In this document: positions 21,821 to 30,850 of the stretch, one piece after another | How the letters are laid out: each line of letters opens with the position of its first letter | Position numbering within the stretch: position 1 is the stretch's first letter | Source of the DNA: Octopus bimaculoides | Taxonomy: Eukaryota | Assembly (NCBI RefSeq): GCF_001194135.2 | Contig: NC_069000.1 | Location: 14,188,325 to 14,223,467, forward strand | DNA length: 35,143 nt | Direction: 5' to 3' | The notes under the pieces: generated by a model | What the model saw: only the letters and a program-made list of their open reading frames with translations | Told to the model about the DNA's origin: nothing | Databases searched by the model: none | Made by a program: the position numbers and the translations under genes

Positions 21821-22764
21821 AAAGCATCACACAATACGAAAGAAGCATTCAATGGAAATTGTTTATATTGCACTTGAGAATGGTGTTGTGGTGATAACTC
21901 CCAACCACTGGGCCAACAGTTTACAGATAGTGGGGATGGCCTGTAGATATACAAGTTAGCTGTGTATGCTCAATAAGAAATCCCAGACAAAATCACACCC
22001 TGCCCCTTGGCAAGGTATAGAACCCATCAGCCATCCCATCAAGGTCACAGTGAAATCCTAAAGCCCTGAAAAGAGCAGAAATGCTATTAACATTGAAAAG
22101 TAGGATGATAGTAGGGAATGAAGAGCAAGGCATAAATTACATTTTTATGTATCTTGATCTGGGAAATTCATCAGTTTCATTGGCACTGCAATTGTTTGTA
22201 AGGTCTGTGACCAAAGAGAAGAAATTAGCAATCGAAAGACACTCCACGAGTCGCACTTGAGAAAAATCTGCTCAATGGTATTTTCCTTTGAGTTTCCATT
22301 AACAAACTGGCATAAATCTACCAATGCCATTCATAAATTCTAAATTCAAGAAATTCATGTTCAAGAGATGCAAAAATCTCTAATCACACTATTTAGTCCA
22401 AACAGTAATTTAAGATTAATAACTGTACTGTCTGTTGGTTTTCTTTCTTTTTTTTTTTTAGGTTTTTTTTTTTAATATTTAAAATTTTCTACTTCTTTAT
22501 TGTTGACACAGTGCATAATTTTTAGTTAAAGAACATGCAAAAACACAACATGCTATTAATTTGATATACTACTTGACATGCAAATTAGAGATTTTTTTTA
22601 ATAAACTTCATGCAAGCAATACTATGAGAAATTCCCTAATTTTAAATTAAATGCATTTTATCTTTTGCTTTTTTCTTTTTCTGTGGCATAGTCAAAAGGG
22701 CCATTCAATGAATTCAACTTTCATAGGGCTCCCAAGACTGGTGAGATCAATACAGTTTACGTTC

Positions 22765-23085
22765 AATATGACCATCAATAATTCAATATTAATGATAGGG
22801 GGAGGGATTCCAGAGGATTAATGCTCTGAGGAGGAAGGATGGTATAAAGTAACTGATTAGTGTGAAAAGGGTGGATGGACAGAGAGAGGGGGAGCAAAGT
22901 GAGATATTGTAGGAGAGATGGGTATATTGGTCGGCTGGGTGGAGGTGGTACACAACTGGCTGCATCAAAGGAGCAACAGTCATTGTAGCAGTGATACAAG
23001 TGGGCCAGAGTTTATAGTCTATTAGTGAATGCATCATCGTTAATCAGTTGGATGGTCTTCTTTTGGATGGTCTTTTTTTTTATAT
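22765..23085 (-). mobile_element. Degenerate CR1/L2-group LINE, ORF2 C-terminal fragment
   Basis: IQKKTIQLINDDAFTNRL*TLAH..LYHCYNDCCSFDAASCVPPP..HPF..P.SI...SLP resembles the post-RT C-terminal region of these LINEs (recognised from memory). Confidence 0.62.
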
Positions 23086-23209
23086 TCAGAAACTGAATAT
23101 AAGATGTAGGAAAATTCTGATTGATATTGATAGTATTTGCAAGGAACAATGTCTCTGAGATTCAACTACTGGAGCATAAAGGTCATAAGATTTCTTTTTA
23201 CTACTGTAC

Positions 23210-23408
23210 TTGCCGGTGACACGTAAAAGCACCCACTACACTCTCGGAGTGGTTGGCGTTAGGAAGGGCATCCAGCTGTAGAAAGTCTGCCAAATCAGAT
23301 TGGAGCCTGGTGTAGCCATCTGGTTCACCAGTCCTCAGTCAAATTGTCCAACCCATGCTAGCATGGAAAGCAGACATTAAACGATAATGATGATGATGAT
23401 GATGATGA
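23210..23408 (+). mobile_element. Family C retroposon 3' fragment, well preserved, (GAT)n tail
   Basis: GCCGGTGACACGTAAAAGCACCCACTACACTCTCGGAGTGGTTGGCGTTAGGAAGGGCATCCAGC...CATGGAAAGCAGACATTAAACGATAAT(GAT)n. Confidence 0.8.
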
Positions 23409-23822
23409 TTGCATTGTTACATAACTCTGTTTGCTTATCTTCCTGACTGACAGTTAAGAGTTGTAGCATGAAAGATATTCAACTACAAAAGCTAACTGAC
23501 CCATTAGTACAGAAATATAAAAATTTACAGAAAAGAAAAAAAGAAAAAAATAATACATCCTCGTAGGCTAGCAAATGGATGTAAAATAGCTTCTGGGAAG
23601 ATGAAATTGAAAGGGTAATAAATTTTTAAAAATTACTAAATTGGAGTGAGAAATATTTAAGAACAAATTAAGCAATATGCCAAACATATAAAAGAAACTA
23701 TAACTATTGCACAATATATCTGTGGTTTACAGAGCAAATACTGAACATTGTTTTTTTTAGTAAAAGCACACAAACACATACACATAAAGTACTAATGCTA
23801 CAATTAAATCCAATATAGTTAC

Positions 23823-23885
23823 CACTTTTCTCATCAGAATCGGAATCTGATGGAATCAAGCCAGCAGCACCCCACAAAAATCTCT
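23823..23885 (-). CDS. SIDT1: Candidate SIDT cassette exon 8 (cytosolic loop); alternative in-frame acceptor at 23915
   Basis: ctcctag|...|gtaact, 63 nt, symmetric phase 1->1, (E)RFLWGAAGLIPSDSDSDEKS. The upstream acceptor ttttcatag adds 10 codons. Not needed to keep the frame, and I recognise no family similarity. Confidence 0.5.
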
Positions 23886-24665
23886 CTAGGAGAGGAAAGA
23901 CATTTATAGTAAACACTATGAAAAGTAGGTAATAAAAAGATTAAAAGACACAACAATAAATTTTGCTACATAAATTTCTATAATAATAATAAGGGTTTCA
24001 AATTTTGATACAAGGCCAGCAATTCTTTTAGAGGGGAAAGGGGAAGTTGATTATATCAGCCCAGTGCTAAACTGGTGCTGATTTTATTGACCCCCCCCCC
24101 CCTCACAAAAGGATAAAAGGCAAGGTCGACCTGTACAGAACTGAACTGAAAATGTAATGCAGTTAAGCATTTTGCCCAATACAAACAATTCTGCTAATAA
24201 TAATAATTTCAAATTTTGACACAAAGATGGAAATTTTTTTTAGAGGGAAGGGGTAAGTTGATTATATCAACCCAGTGCTCGACTGATTGTTATTTTAACA
24301 ACCCCCCAAAAGGATGGAAGTCAAAGCTGACCTGATCAGAATTTGAACTGAGAACATAAAGAGCTGGAAGATATGACACCACTAAGCATTTTGTCTGACC
24401 TAAACAATTCTGCCAGCTCACAAGAAGAATAAAATACATACAACATTGTAATATATAAAAATATAAATGAATATATTGTAGTTTATCAGGGTTTGTTAAT
24501 ATTATTATTCTATAGATAAGTATAACAGTTTTGAAAATTTCTACAAAATGATTGTCTTGTAGCAAAACGTTTTGCTCAGTAAACAAGATAATTCATTACA
24601 TTACAAGAGAACTTTCCAAAACACTTTAATAAAATTATAAAATGACTATCAAAATGGATAAATAC

Positions 24666-24709
24666 CTCGTTCTAATTCACTTATTTCTGGGAATTGAGGT
24701 TTTTTACCA
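24666..24709 (-). CDS. SIDT1: SIDT exon 7 (start of cytosolic loop)
   Basis: Long polypyrimidine tract, cag|...|gtattt, 44 nt, (C)GKKPQFPEISELER, phase 2->1. It supplies the phase change needed between exon 6 and the phase-1 loop exons. Confidence 0.85.
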
Positions 24710-25096
24710 CTGAAAAAAAAAAAAAAGAAAACCAGAAACATTCAGAAATGAAGACCAAGATTTTAAAAGACATTTCATATTATTAAAAGTAGTATGAAAA
24801 ATTGAATGTAAACGAGCTGCATTCTATCAATTATGATAATGAGGGTTCCAGTTGATCCAATCAATGGATAGACAGAATCGTAACAAACTCAAATGAAATG
24901 CCTTGCAGTATTTCTTCTGTCTCCTTATGTTCTGAGTTCAGATCCCACCAGAACAAACACCACAAGGTATTCCATCCAACTTTAACAATTTTACCAACCT
25001 GCTACCCTGGGCTGGTACTTTTAATTTATCAACTCTAAAAGGACAACTTTAATATTTAGTGCAATTTAATAAAGAGAAAAAAATATCTATTCTTAC

Positions 25097-25190
25097 CATT
25101 TGTTATATATTAACAATGCAAGACCAGCAACAATGTAAAAACTAAGGAAAAGTCCAACAGATGCGATAATAGCCCTGGAGTAGTGTGCAA
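25097..25190 (-). CDS. SIDT1: SIDT exon 6 (first transmembrane helix)
   Basis: tag|...|gtaaga, 94 nt, (V)AHYSRAIIASVGLFLSFYIVAGLALLIYNK, phase 1->2. Confidence 0.93.
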
Positions 25191-25587
25191 CTAAAGAAAA
25201 AAAAACGAAAAAAAAAACAGTAAATGATAATGTAAACTAAGAATTAATTTATAAAAATGACATTACAATTCAAAGAGTTTAAACAAAATATTCTAAGTTA
25301 ATTATTCTGAGTACTTAATGATTTCCAATTTGGGCATAAGGTCAACAATTCTAATAGGAGGGGGTTAGTCAATTACATCGACCCCAGTGCTCAACTGGTA
25401 TTTATTCTGTTACCCCTGAAAGGATGAAAGGCAACAGGGACCTAAGTGGAATTCAAACTACGAATGAAAAACATGAAAGAAATACCACTTAGCTTTTGTC
25501 TGCCAACTCACCATTTTGTTTTGGGTAGAAAATAAATACGCTTGGTATATTATGTAAAAGATTAATACTCTGCATATAATAGTAAAA

Positions 25588-25769
25588 GAAATTTGTCAGA
25601 AGCGTCCCTGCAGTGGTCTCACAAAGCACCTTCCAGAATTCCTCATGAGAAGCACGTGAGGGTGGTCATGTCTCGAGCTCCTGTGTGTTGGCATATCCGC
25701 AGTGCTGCTTCCAAGTTATGTATTATATGTGCATCCGAGACCACTACAGGGATGCTTCCAACAAATTTC
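25588..25769. repeat. 33-bp inverted repeat enclosing a 116-bp GC-richer spacer (possible short MITE)
   Basis: 25588-25620 pairs with 25737-25769 at 29 of 33 positions. Confidence 0.75.
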
Positions 25770-25986
25770 AATAACCGTTGGAAAACTGACTATAACAGAG
25801 ACTTCATTAATTTCTAGCAATATCTGAAGAAGGAATTTTAATATTCCAAAATATTATATTAGACTATGAATAATTAAATTATTTATAACAATCATTATAG
25901 TCTACTCTGCATTATTGTACCATTCCAGACACGTTACATTCACAAACAATACACAATGCTTCCAGCAAACTACAATACCCTCTTAC

Positions 25987-26137
25987 CTGATATTGTTTCC
26001 TTGACTAGTATTGTCAAATCTTTTGTCCGAACTGATCCCATCGGGAACACTTTCTCAGAATCAGAAGCAGAACATTTTAAATTATTCAGCATTAAAACCA
26101 ACACAACATAGAAAGCATTCTGACTGTAAAGATTTTT
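25987..26137 (-). CDS. SIDT1: SIDT exon 5 (extracellular domain end)
   Basis: cag|...|gtaaga, 151 nt, KNLYSQNAFYVVLVLMLNNLKCSASDSEKVFPMGSVRTKDLTILVKETIS, phase 0->1. Confidence 0.92.
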
Positions 26138-26376
26138 CTGCAATAAACAAAAATTTTGAAGATCAGTTCTTTAATTCTTTAGTAATCAAATTTCTTTTGA
26201 AAAACAGTGCCTTTGTTTCAATAATTTTGAAAATAATGAAGAATAACCTTACCATAATCAAATTAGTGTTTGGAACATAAATTAACATGAAATTTTGATG
26301 ACGGTTTTAATTTAACCCAATAGCATTCAGAATATTCTTTAACCCAATAGCATTCAGAATATTCTGTCACATGTAA

Positions 26377-26696
26377 CAGGCACTCCATTGGTTACAACGA
26401 TGAGGATTCCAGTTGATCCAATCACCAGAACAGCCTGCTCATTAAATTAATGTAGAAGTGGCTGAGCACTCCACAGACACATATACCCTTAACATAGTTC
26501 TCAGGAAGATTCAGTGTGACAAGACTGGCCCTTTGAAATACAGGTCCTACTCATTTTTGCCAACTGAGTGAACTAGAGCAACATGAAATAAAGTGTCTTG
26601 CTCAAGCACACAATGTACTGCCAGGAATCAAACACACAACCATATGATTACATATGACTAACTGACTACCTTAACCACAAACCCACGTGCTTTGAC
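26377..26696 (-). mobile_element. Core-bearing SINE with family-B-type tail, nested in a TTAA-MITE
   Basis: Homologous to 7176-7497; flanked by TCTGTCA(C/A)ATGTAA at 26363-26376 and 26697-26710. Confidence 0.78.
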
Positions 26697-27063
26697 TCTG
26701 TCAAATGTAATGCTTGTTAATTCACATTGTTTTGGGTTAATCATGGTTTATCTTGTAGCTCCAAGATTTCGATGATGTGATTGTTTATCATGAGAATGAC
26801 ATTGTAGGGTAGGTGTAAGAAGATAGATATGACTGGTTTAAACCAGTACCTGACTTTATTGTATCAACTTTAAAAGAGCAAGAAGTAAAGTTAACCTTGA
26901 GGGGACTTGAACTCAGAATGTAAAGAGCTAGAAGAAATACTGCTAAGCATCTCTACCAATGCACTAAGCAATGCTTCCAGCTCACCACTTTATGATAAGA
27001 CAAAATAATATTTAAAAAAAACAATGGTTTTCTTTTTTTTCCTTTCTATGCTTAACTCAAAAT

Positions 27064-27095
<32 letters not shown>

Positions 27096-27405
27096 TTTAA
27101 TGTTTGTTTTCCATGGTGGTATGGGTGGGACAGCTTGACAGGAACTGGTAAGGCCTGGGGCCACACCAGGTTCCATAGTCTGTTTTGGCTTGGTTTCTAT
27201 AGCTCAATGCCCTTCCTAAGACTAACCACTCCACAGAGTGCACTGGGTGCTTTTTTTATGTGGCACCATCACCAGTGCTTTTTAGGCGGTACCAGCACCA
27301 GTGCCTTTTACATGGCACCAGCACCCGTGCCAATGCTTTTTATGAAAATTAAAATTCAAAATTAATTAAAGGCAAAATATTAACACAAGCATGGAGATAT
27401 CTTAC

Positions 27406-27489
27406 CTGGACTACAATAGCAGACTCTTTGCTCATTGTTTGAAATATACCATGGAAACGGATGTTCCTGTCCAGATCATAAATTGGACA
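27406..27489 (-). CDS. SIDT1: SIDT exon 4 (extracellular domain)
   Basis: tag|...|gtaaga, 84 nt, [28 protein letters not shown], phase 0->0. Confidence 0.95.
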
Positions 27490-28200
27490 CTACAAAAGGA
27501 AAACAAAGAAAATTAATAATCCTTTCTACTATGGGCACAAGGCCTAAAATTTTGGTACTTAATTTACCAAAGGATGAAAGGCAAAGTCGACCTCAGTAGA
27601 ATTTAAACTCAGAACGTAAAGACAGACAAAATGTTGCTAAGCATTTTGCCTGGCATGCTAACGATTCTGCCAGTTCACCACCTTAAAGAAAATTAATAAT
27701 GACAACAATGTGTTTCAAAATAAAATTTAATTAATGTTAATTTAGTAAGTTACACAAAGATCATAGTTTACTTCTCAATAATGTTAAGTGTATAATGAAT
27801 AGTATGTAATGTAATGATTTCAGGGCTTCGTGCTTAAGAAATTCATGTCTCAACCATATGGTTTCAAATTCAATCCCTCAAGAAGCATCTTGGGTAAGTA
27901 GAAGACCTTTTTTTTTTTTTTTTTCAGTTAGGAAGACAATGCTCATTACACTGGACTGAGCCATATTTCATTCCATATCAGCTACCTCTGATGAGCATAA
28001 GGTTATATAATCAGATTGTTACCTAACACTCCATTGTACCCCTAGTGCGAAACTGATTGGTAAGATCAGTTGTGATGGATATATATAATACTGTACACTT
28101 CAGATAATATATATATATGTATGTATGTGAAATGGAATATATAAGTGTATGTGTGCATGTATACATATATGCACGCACATGTGTGAGAGAGAAAGAGAGA

Positions 28201-28275
28201 CAACAGGTAACAATGAGAAACAACAGGTAACAATGAGAAACAACAGGTAACAAAGAGAAACAACAGGCTACAATG
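28201..28275. repeat. 20-bp tandem repeat (CAACAGGTAACAATGAGAAA) x about 3.75
   Basis: Units start at 28201, 28221, 28241, 28261. Confidence 0.92.
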
Positions 28276-28301
28276 GCTAAGATAATAGCTAGGATACATA
28301 C

Positions 28302-28446
28302 CTTAATATCTTGAATTGATATCGTCATACAGCTGGTATCATTTGATAGTCCTGTTACAATAACTGATTCTATGTCATCTGGGAAGGTAAACATGTAATA
28401 TATGGGCTCTGCTGGGGTGACTGTAACCTGTTTCTCAACACCAAGC
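28302..28446 (-). CDS. SIDT1: SIDT exon 3 (extracellular domain)
   Basis: tag|...|gtatgt, 145 nt, (Q)LGVEKQVTVTPAEPIYYMFTFPDDIESVIVTGLSNDTSCMTISIQDIK, phase 2->0. Confidence 0.94.
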
Positions 28447-28592
28447 CTATAAAATATAATAACGGAGTCAGATATTTGCTACCTCATTCTCTCACTCTCT
28501 CTCTCTCATTAACAAAAGCTAAAAATCAGTCTTAGCTATCCCCTCATCTATTTAATGCTAAAATCAAGGCTTCATTACCATGCATGTATAGA

Positions 28593-28819
28593 TTAACCTT
28601 TAGCATTCAGATTACTCTGTCAAATGAAATGCTTATTTATTCATATTGTTTTGATTTAATCATGTATTAACTAGTAGCTTTGAGATTTCAATAATGCAAT
28701 CATTTATCTTTAGAATGACATTGTAGGATAGGTGTAAGAGGCCTGATCTGGCCAGTTTGAGTATAAAACAGGTAGAATATTTAGGCCAGATATGACCAGT
28801 TTGAATGCTAAAAGGTTAA
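28593..28819 (+). mobile_element. TTAA-flanked MITE (piggyBac-type)
   Basis: TTAA|CCTTTAGCATTCA...TGAATGCTAAAAGG|TTAA. Related copies at 31454-31670(+), 34367-34584(-), and a split copy at about 26311-26850(+). Confidence 0.8.
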
Positions 28820-29021
28820 ATATTAGAAAATTTATTTTCTACTATGCGATAAAAATCAGTGCTGATTATGTTGTGTAGCATGCCATTGAAAATTTGAAAT
28901 AGGAAGACAAAAATAAAATTGCTATTAACTTACCCAAAGATAGTATCAATATTTCCAAGTTAAGTTTGAACTTCTAAGGTAAGTTAGAATTTATAAAGCA
29001 ATATAAATGCAATTCACTTAC

Positions 29022-29183
29022 TGTAGTTTAAAATTTTTCACAATGGAGGTTTGTAGAAGAAAATCTGATGGCTCTTTGACCTGTGATGAAACTTCTATAA
29101 TTATCTTCTGATGTTTACTGATGTTTGCACGATGCTCTTGGTCTAGTGGACAGAGTGTTCGACTTACATGAAAGAATTCATAT
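29022..29183 (-). CDS. SIDT1: SIDT exon 2 (extracellular domain)
   Basis: cag|...|gtaagt, 162 nt, (K)YEFFHVSRTLCPLDQEHRANISKHQKIIIEVSSQVKEPSDFLLQTSIVKNFKL, phase 2->2. Confidence 0.93.
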
Positions 29184-29437
29184 CTGCAAAAATATTTGGA
29201 TATAGTTATAATAAAAGCATCAGCATTGTCATTGCCGTCGTCACCACAAAACCTCCTTCATTTTAACATTCATTTTCCATGCTTACATGGGTTGGGACAG
29301 AATTTGCTGAGGCAGATTCACAGATGATTGGAAACGAAAAGCACTGCTTGTATGACAGCTTTTACAATTGTTGCACAGTGTCAAGACACAAAACACACAA
29401 ATATATATACTTAATACCTTAATACCTGAAACAAGGT

Positions 29438-29820
29438 GGAGGCGCAATGGCCTAGTGGTTAGGGCAGTGGACTCGCGGTCATAGGATCGCGGTTTCGATT
29501 CCCAGACCGGGCATTGTGAGTATTTCTTGAACGAAAACACCTAAAGCTCCACGAGGCTCCGGCAGGGGATGGTGGCAAACCCTGCTGTACTCTTTCACCA
29601 CAACTTTCTCTCACTCTTACTTCCTGTTTCTGTTGTGACTGTAATTCAAAGGGTCAGCCTTGTCACATTGTGTCATGCTGAATATCCCCGAGAACTACGT
29701 TAAGGGTACACGTGTCTGTGGAGTGCTCAGCCACTTGCACGTTAATTTCACGAGCAGGCTGTTCCGTTGATCGGATCAACTGGAACCCTCGACGTCGAAA
29801 GCAACGGAGTGCCAACAACA
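29438..29820 (+). mobile_element. Young full-length tRNA-derived SINE (family B) with 11-bp TSD
   Basis: About 20 differences over about 388 nt versus 21433-21820 (manual count); ACCTGAAACAA at 29424-29434 and 29821-29831. Confidence 0.93.
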
Positions 29821-29873
29821 ACCTGAAACAAATAAAAGAATAAAAGAATATAATTAAAGATTTTAAAACTTAC

Positions 29874-29995
29874 TTAAAATCCAAAAAGAATGGAACTGTC
29901 CAAGAAATGACTCCTTCCTGTTGGCGAACAACAAATATAATTGGATATTTTTCTTCTGCTAATCTGCTGCTAGTAGATACACGAAGAGCTTTCGT
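29874..29995 (-). CDS. SIDT1: SIDT exon 1 in window (extracellular domain); phase 0 start, upstream exon not found
   Basis: tag|...|gtaagt, 122 nt, TKALRVSTSSRLAEEKYPIIFVVRQQEGVISWTVPFFLDF, phase 0->2. Confidence 0.93.
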
Positions 29996-30084
29996 CTAAA
30001 TATAGAAAAGAAGGCAATTAATTGTGATATTTTGAAATACAACAACTATAAAAGTGCAAGAGATGGGTTGTAATCCTTAGAAGC

Positions 30085-30790
30085 ACAGGCGTAGCTGTGA
30101 CTTAAAAGCTTGCTTCCCAACCATGTGGTCTCAGGTTCAATTCCAACGCATGGTACCTTGGACAAGTGTCTTCTACTATAACTCTGGGTTGACCACTGTT
30201 TTGTGAATGGATTTGGTAGGTGGAAACTGATAGGAGCCTGTTGTGTATATTTGTGTGTGTGTGTGTGTTTTCTGAATGGATTTGATAGGTGGAAACTGGA
30301 AGAAGCCTGTTGTGCATATTTATGAGTGTGTGTTTTGTGAATGGATTTGGTAGGTGGAAACTGGAAGAAGCCTGTTGTATATATTTGTGTGTGTGTGTGT
30401 ATGTGTATGCATGTGTGTGTGTGTGTACCTTTGTCTTGCCATCATGTGATGGTTGTAAATGACCATCACCACCATTCAAGCAAAATCATTTGTCTCCGGT
30501 TTTCCATAAAAACAAGTAACCGTGGGGAAATATCAGTCTTGTGAGTGGATTTGGTAAGTGGAAACTGGAAGAAACCTGCTGTGTGTGTGTAGCCTTGGCT
30601 TGCCATTATGTGATGGTTGTAAATGAGCATCACCATCATACAAGCAGTATGATTTGTCTCCAGTCTTCCATAAAAAACATGCGGCAATGGAGAAATTTTA
30701 CCTTGAGGGTTGACAACAGGAAAGGCATCCAGCCATAGAAAATCTACCTCTACAAATGCTATCTGACCCATGCAAGTACGGAAAAGGAGA
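30085..30790 (+). mobile_element. Degenerate family A-type SINE with internally re-duplicated segment and family C-like 3' end
   Basis: Head at about 30085; GA(A/G)TGGATTTGGTAGGTGGAAACTGGAAGAAGCCTGTTGTG recurs at about 30205, 30275, 30338, 30543. Confidence 0.7.
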
Positions 30791-30850
30791 CATGAGAGAA
30801 GGAGGAGTTGCATATCAAAGAATTCTACAAAAAAAAAAAAACCTCTTTGC

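Larger units (their letters stand above)
9420..27685. mobile_element. Dispersed older family E SINE copies
   Basis: Core GGATGAAAGGCAAAGTCGACC...GAATTTGAACTCAGAAC recognisable at about 9420-9540(-), 11213-11435(-), 16432-16650(+), 20285-20497(-), 23990-24195(-), 24205-24420(-), 24895-25045(+), 25320-25505(-), 26862-26990(-), 27515-27685(-). Confidence 0.75.
2599..29995 (-). other. SIDT1: SID-1 transmembrane family gene (SIDT1/SIDT2/CHUP-1-like), 5'-incomplete, 22-23 coding exons in window
   Basis: Manual exon reconstruction: all introns GT-AG with matching phases and no internal stop. Peptide has family motifs FVVRQ, RTLCP, CPxYDLD, FLSFY, CYYNFxC, FNNxxSNxGY, [48 protein letters not shown], [12 protein letters not shown], LTLDDDL-RDxIxVF*. 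The symbol denotes the family; orthology to SIDT1 versus SIDT2 cannot be resolved here. Confidence 0.97.

Noticed and set aside
22145-22330. 61-aa minus-strand ORF as an extra SIDT loop exon
   Set aside because: I found no acceptor/donor pair giving the required phase 1-to-1 exon, and no recognisable similarity.
29438-29515. tRNA gene-like sequence (also 21745-21820 and 17019-17095)
   Set aside because: These are SINE heads: they continue into a shared body and tail, and the family B copies have TSDs. They are not standalone tRNA genes.
2599-29995. Minor-class (U12) introns
   Set aside because: All 22 donors are ordinary GT(A/G)-type; none matches GTATCCTT or AT-AC.
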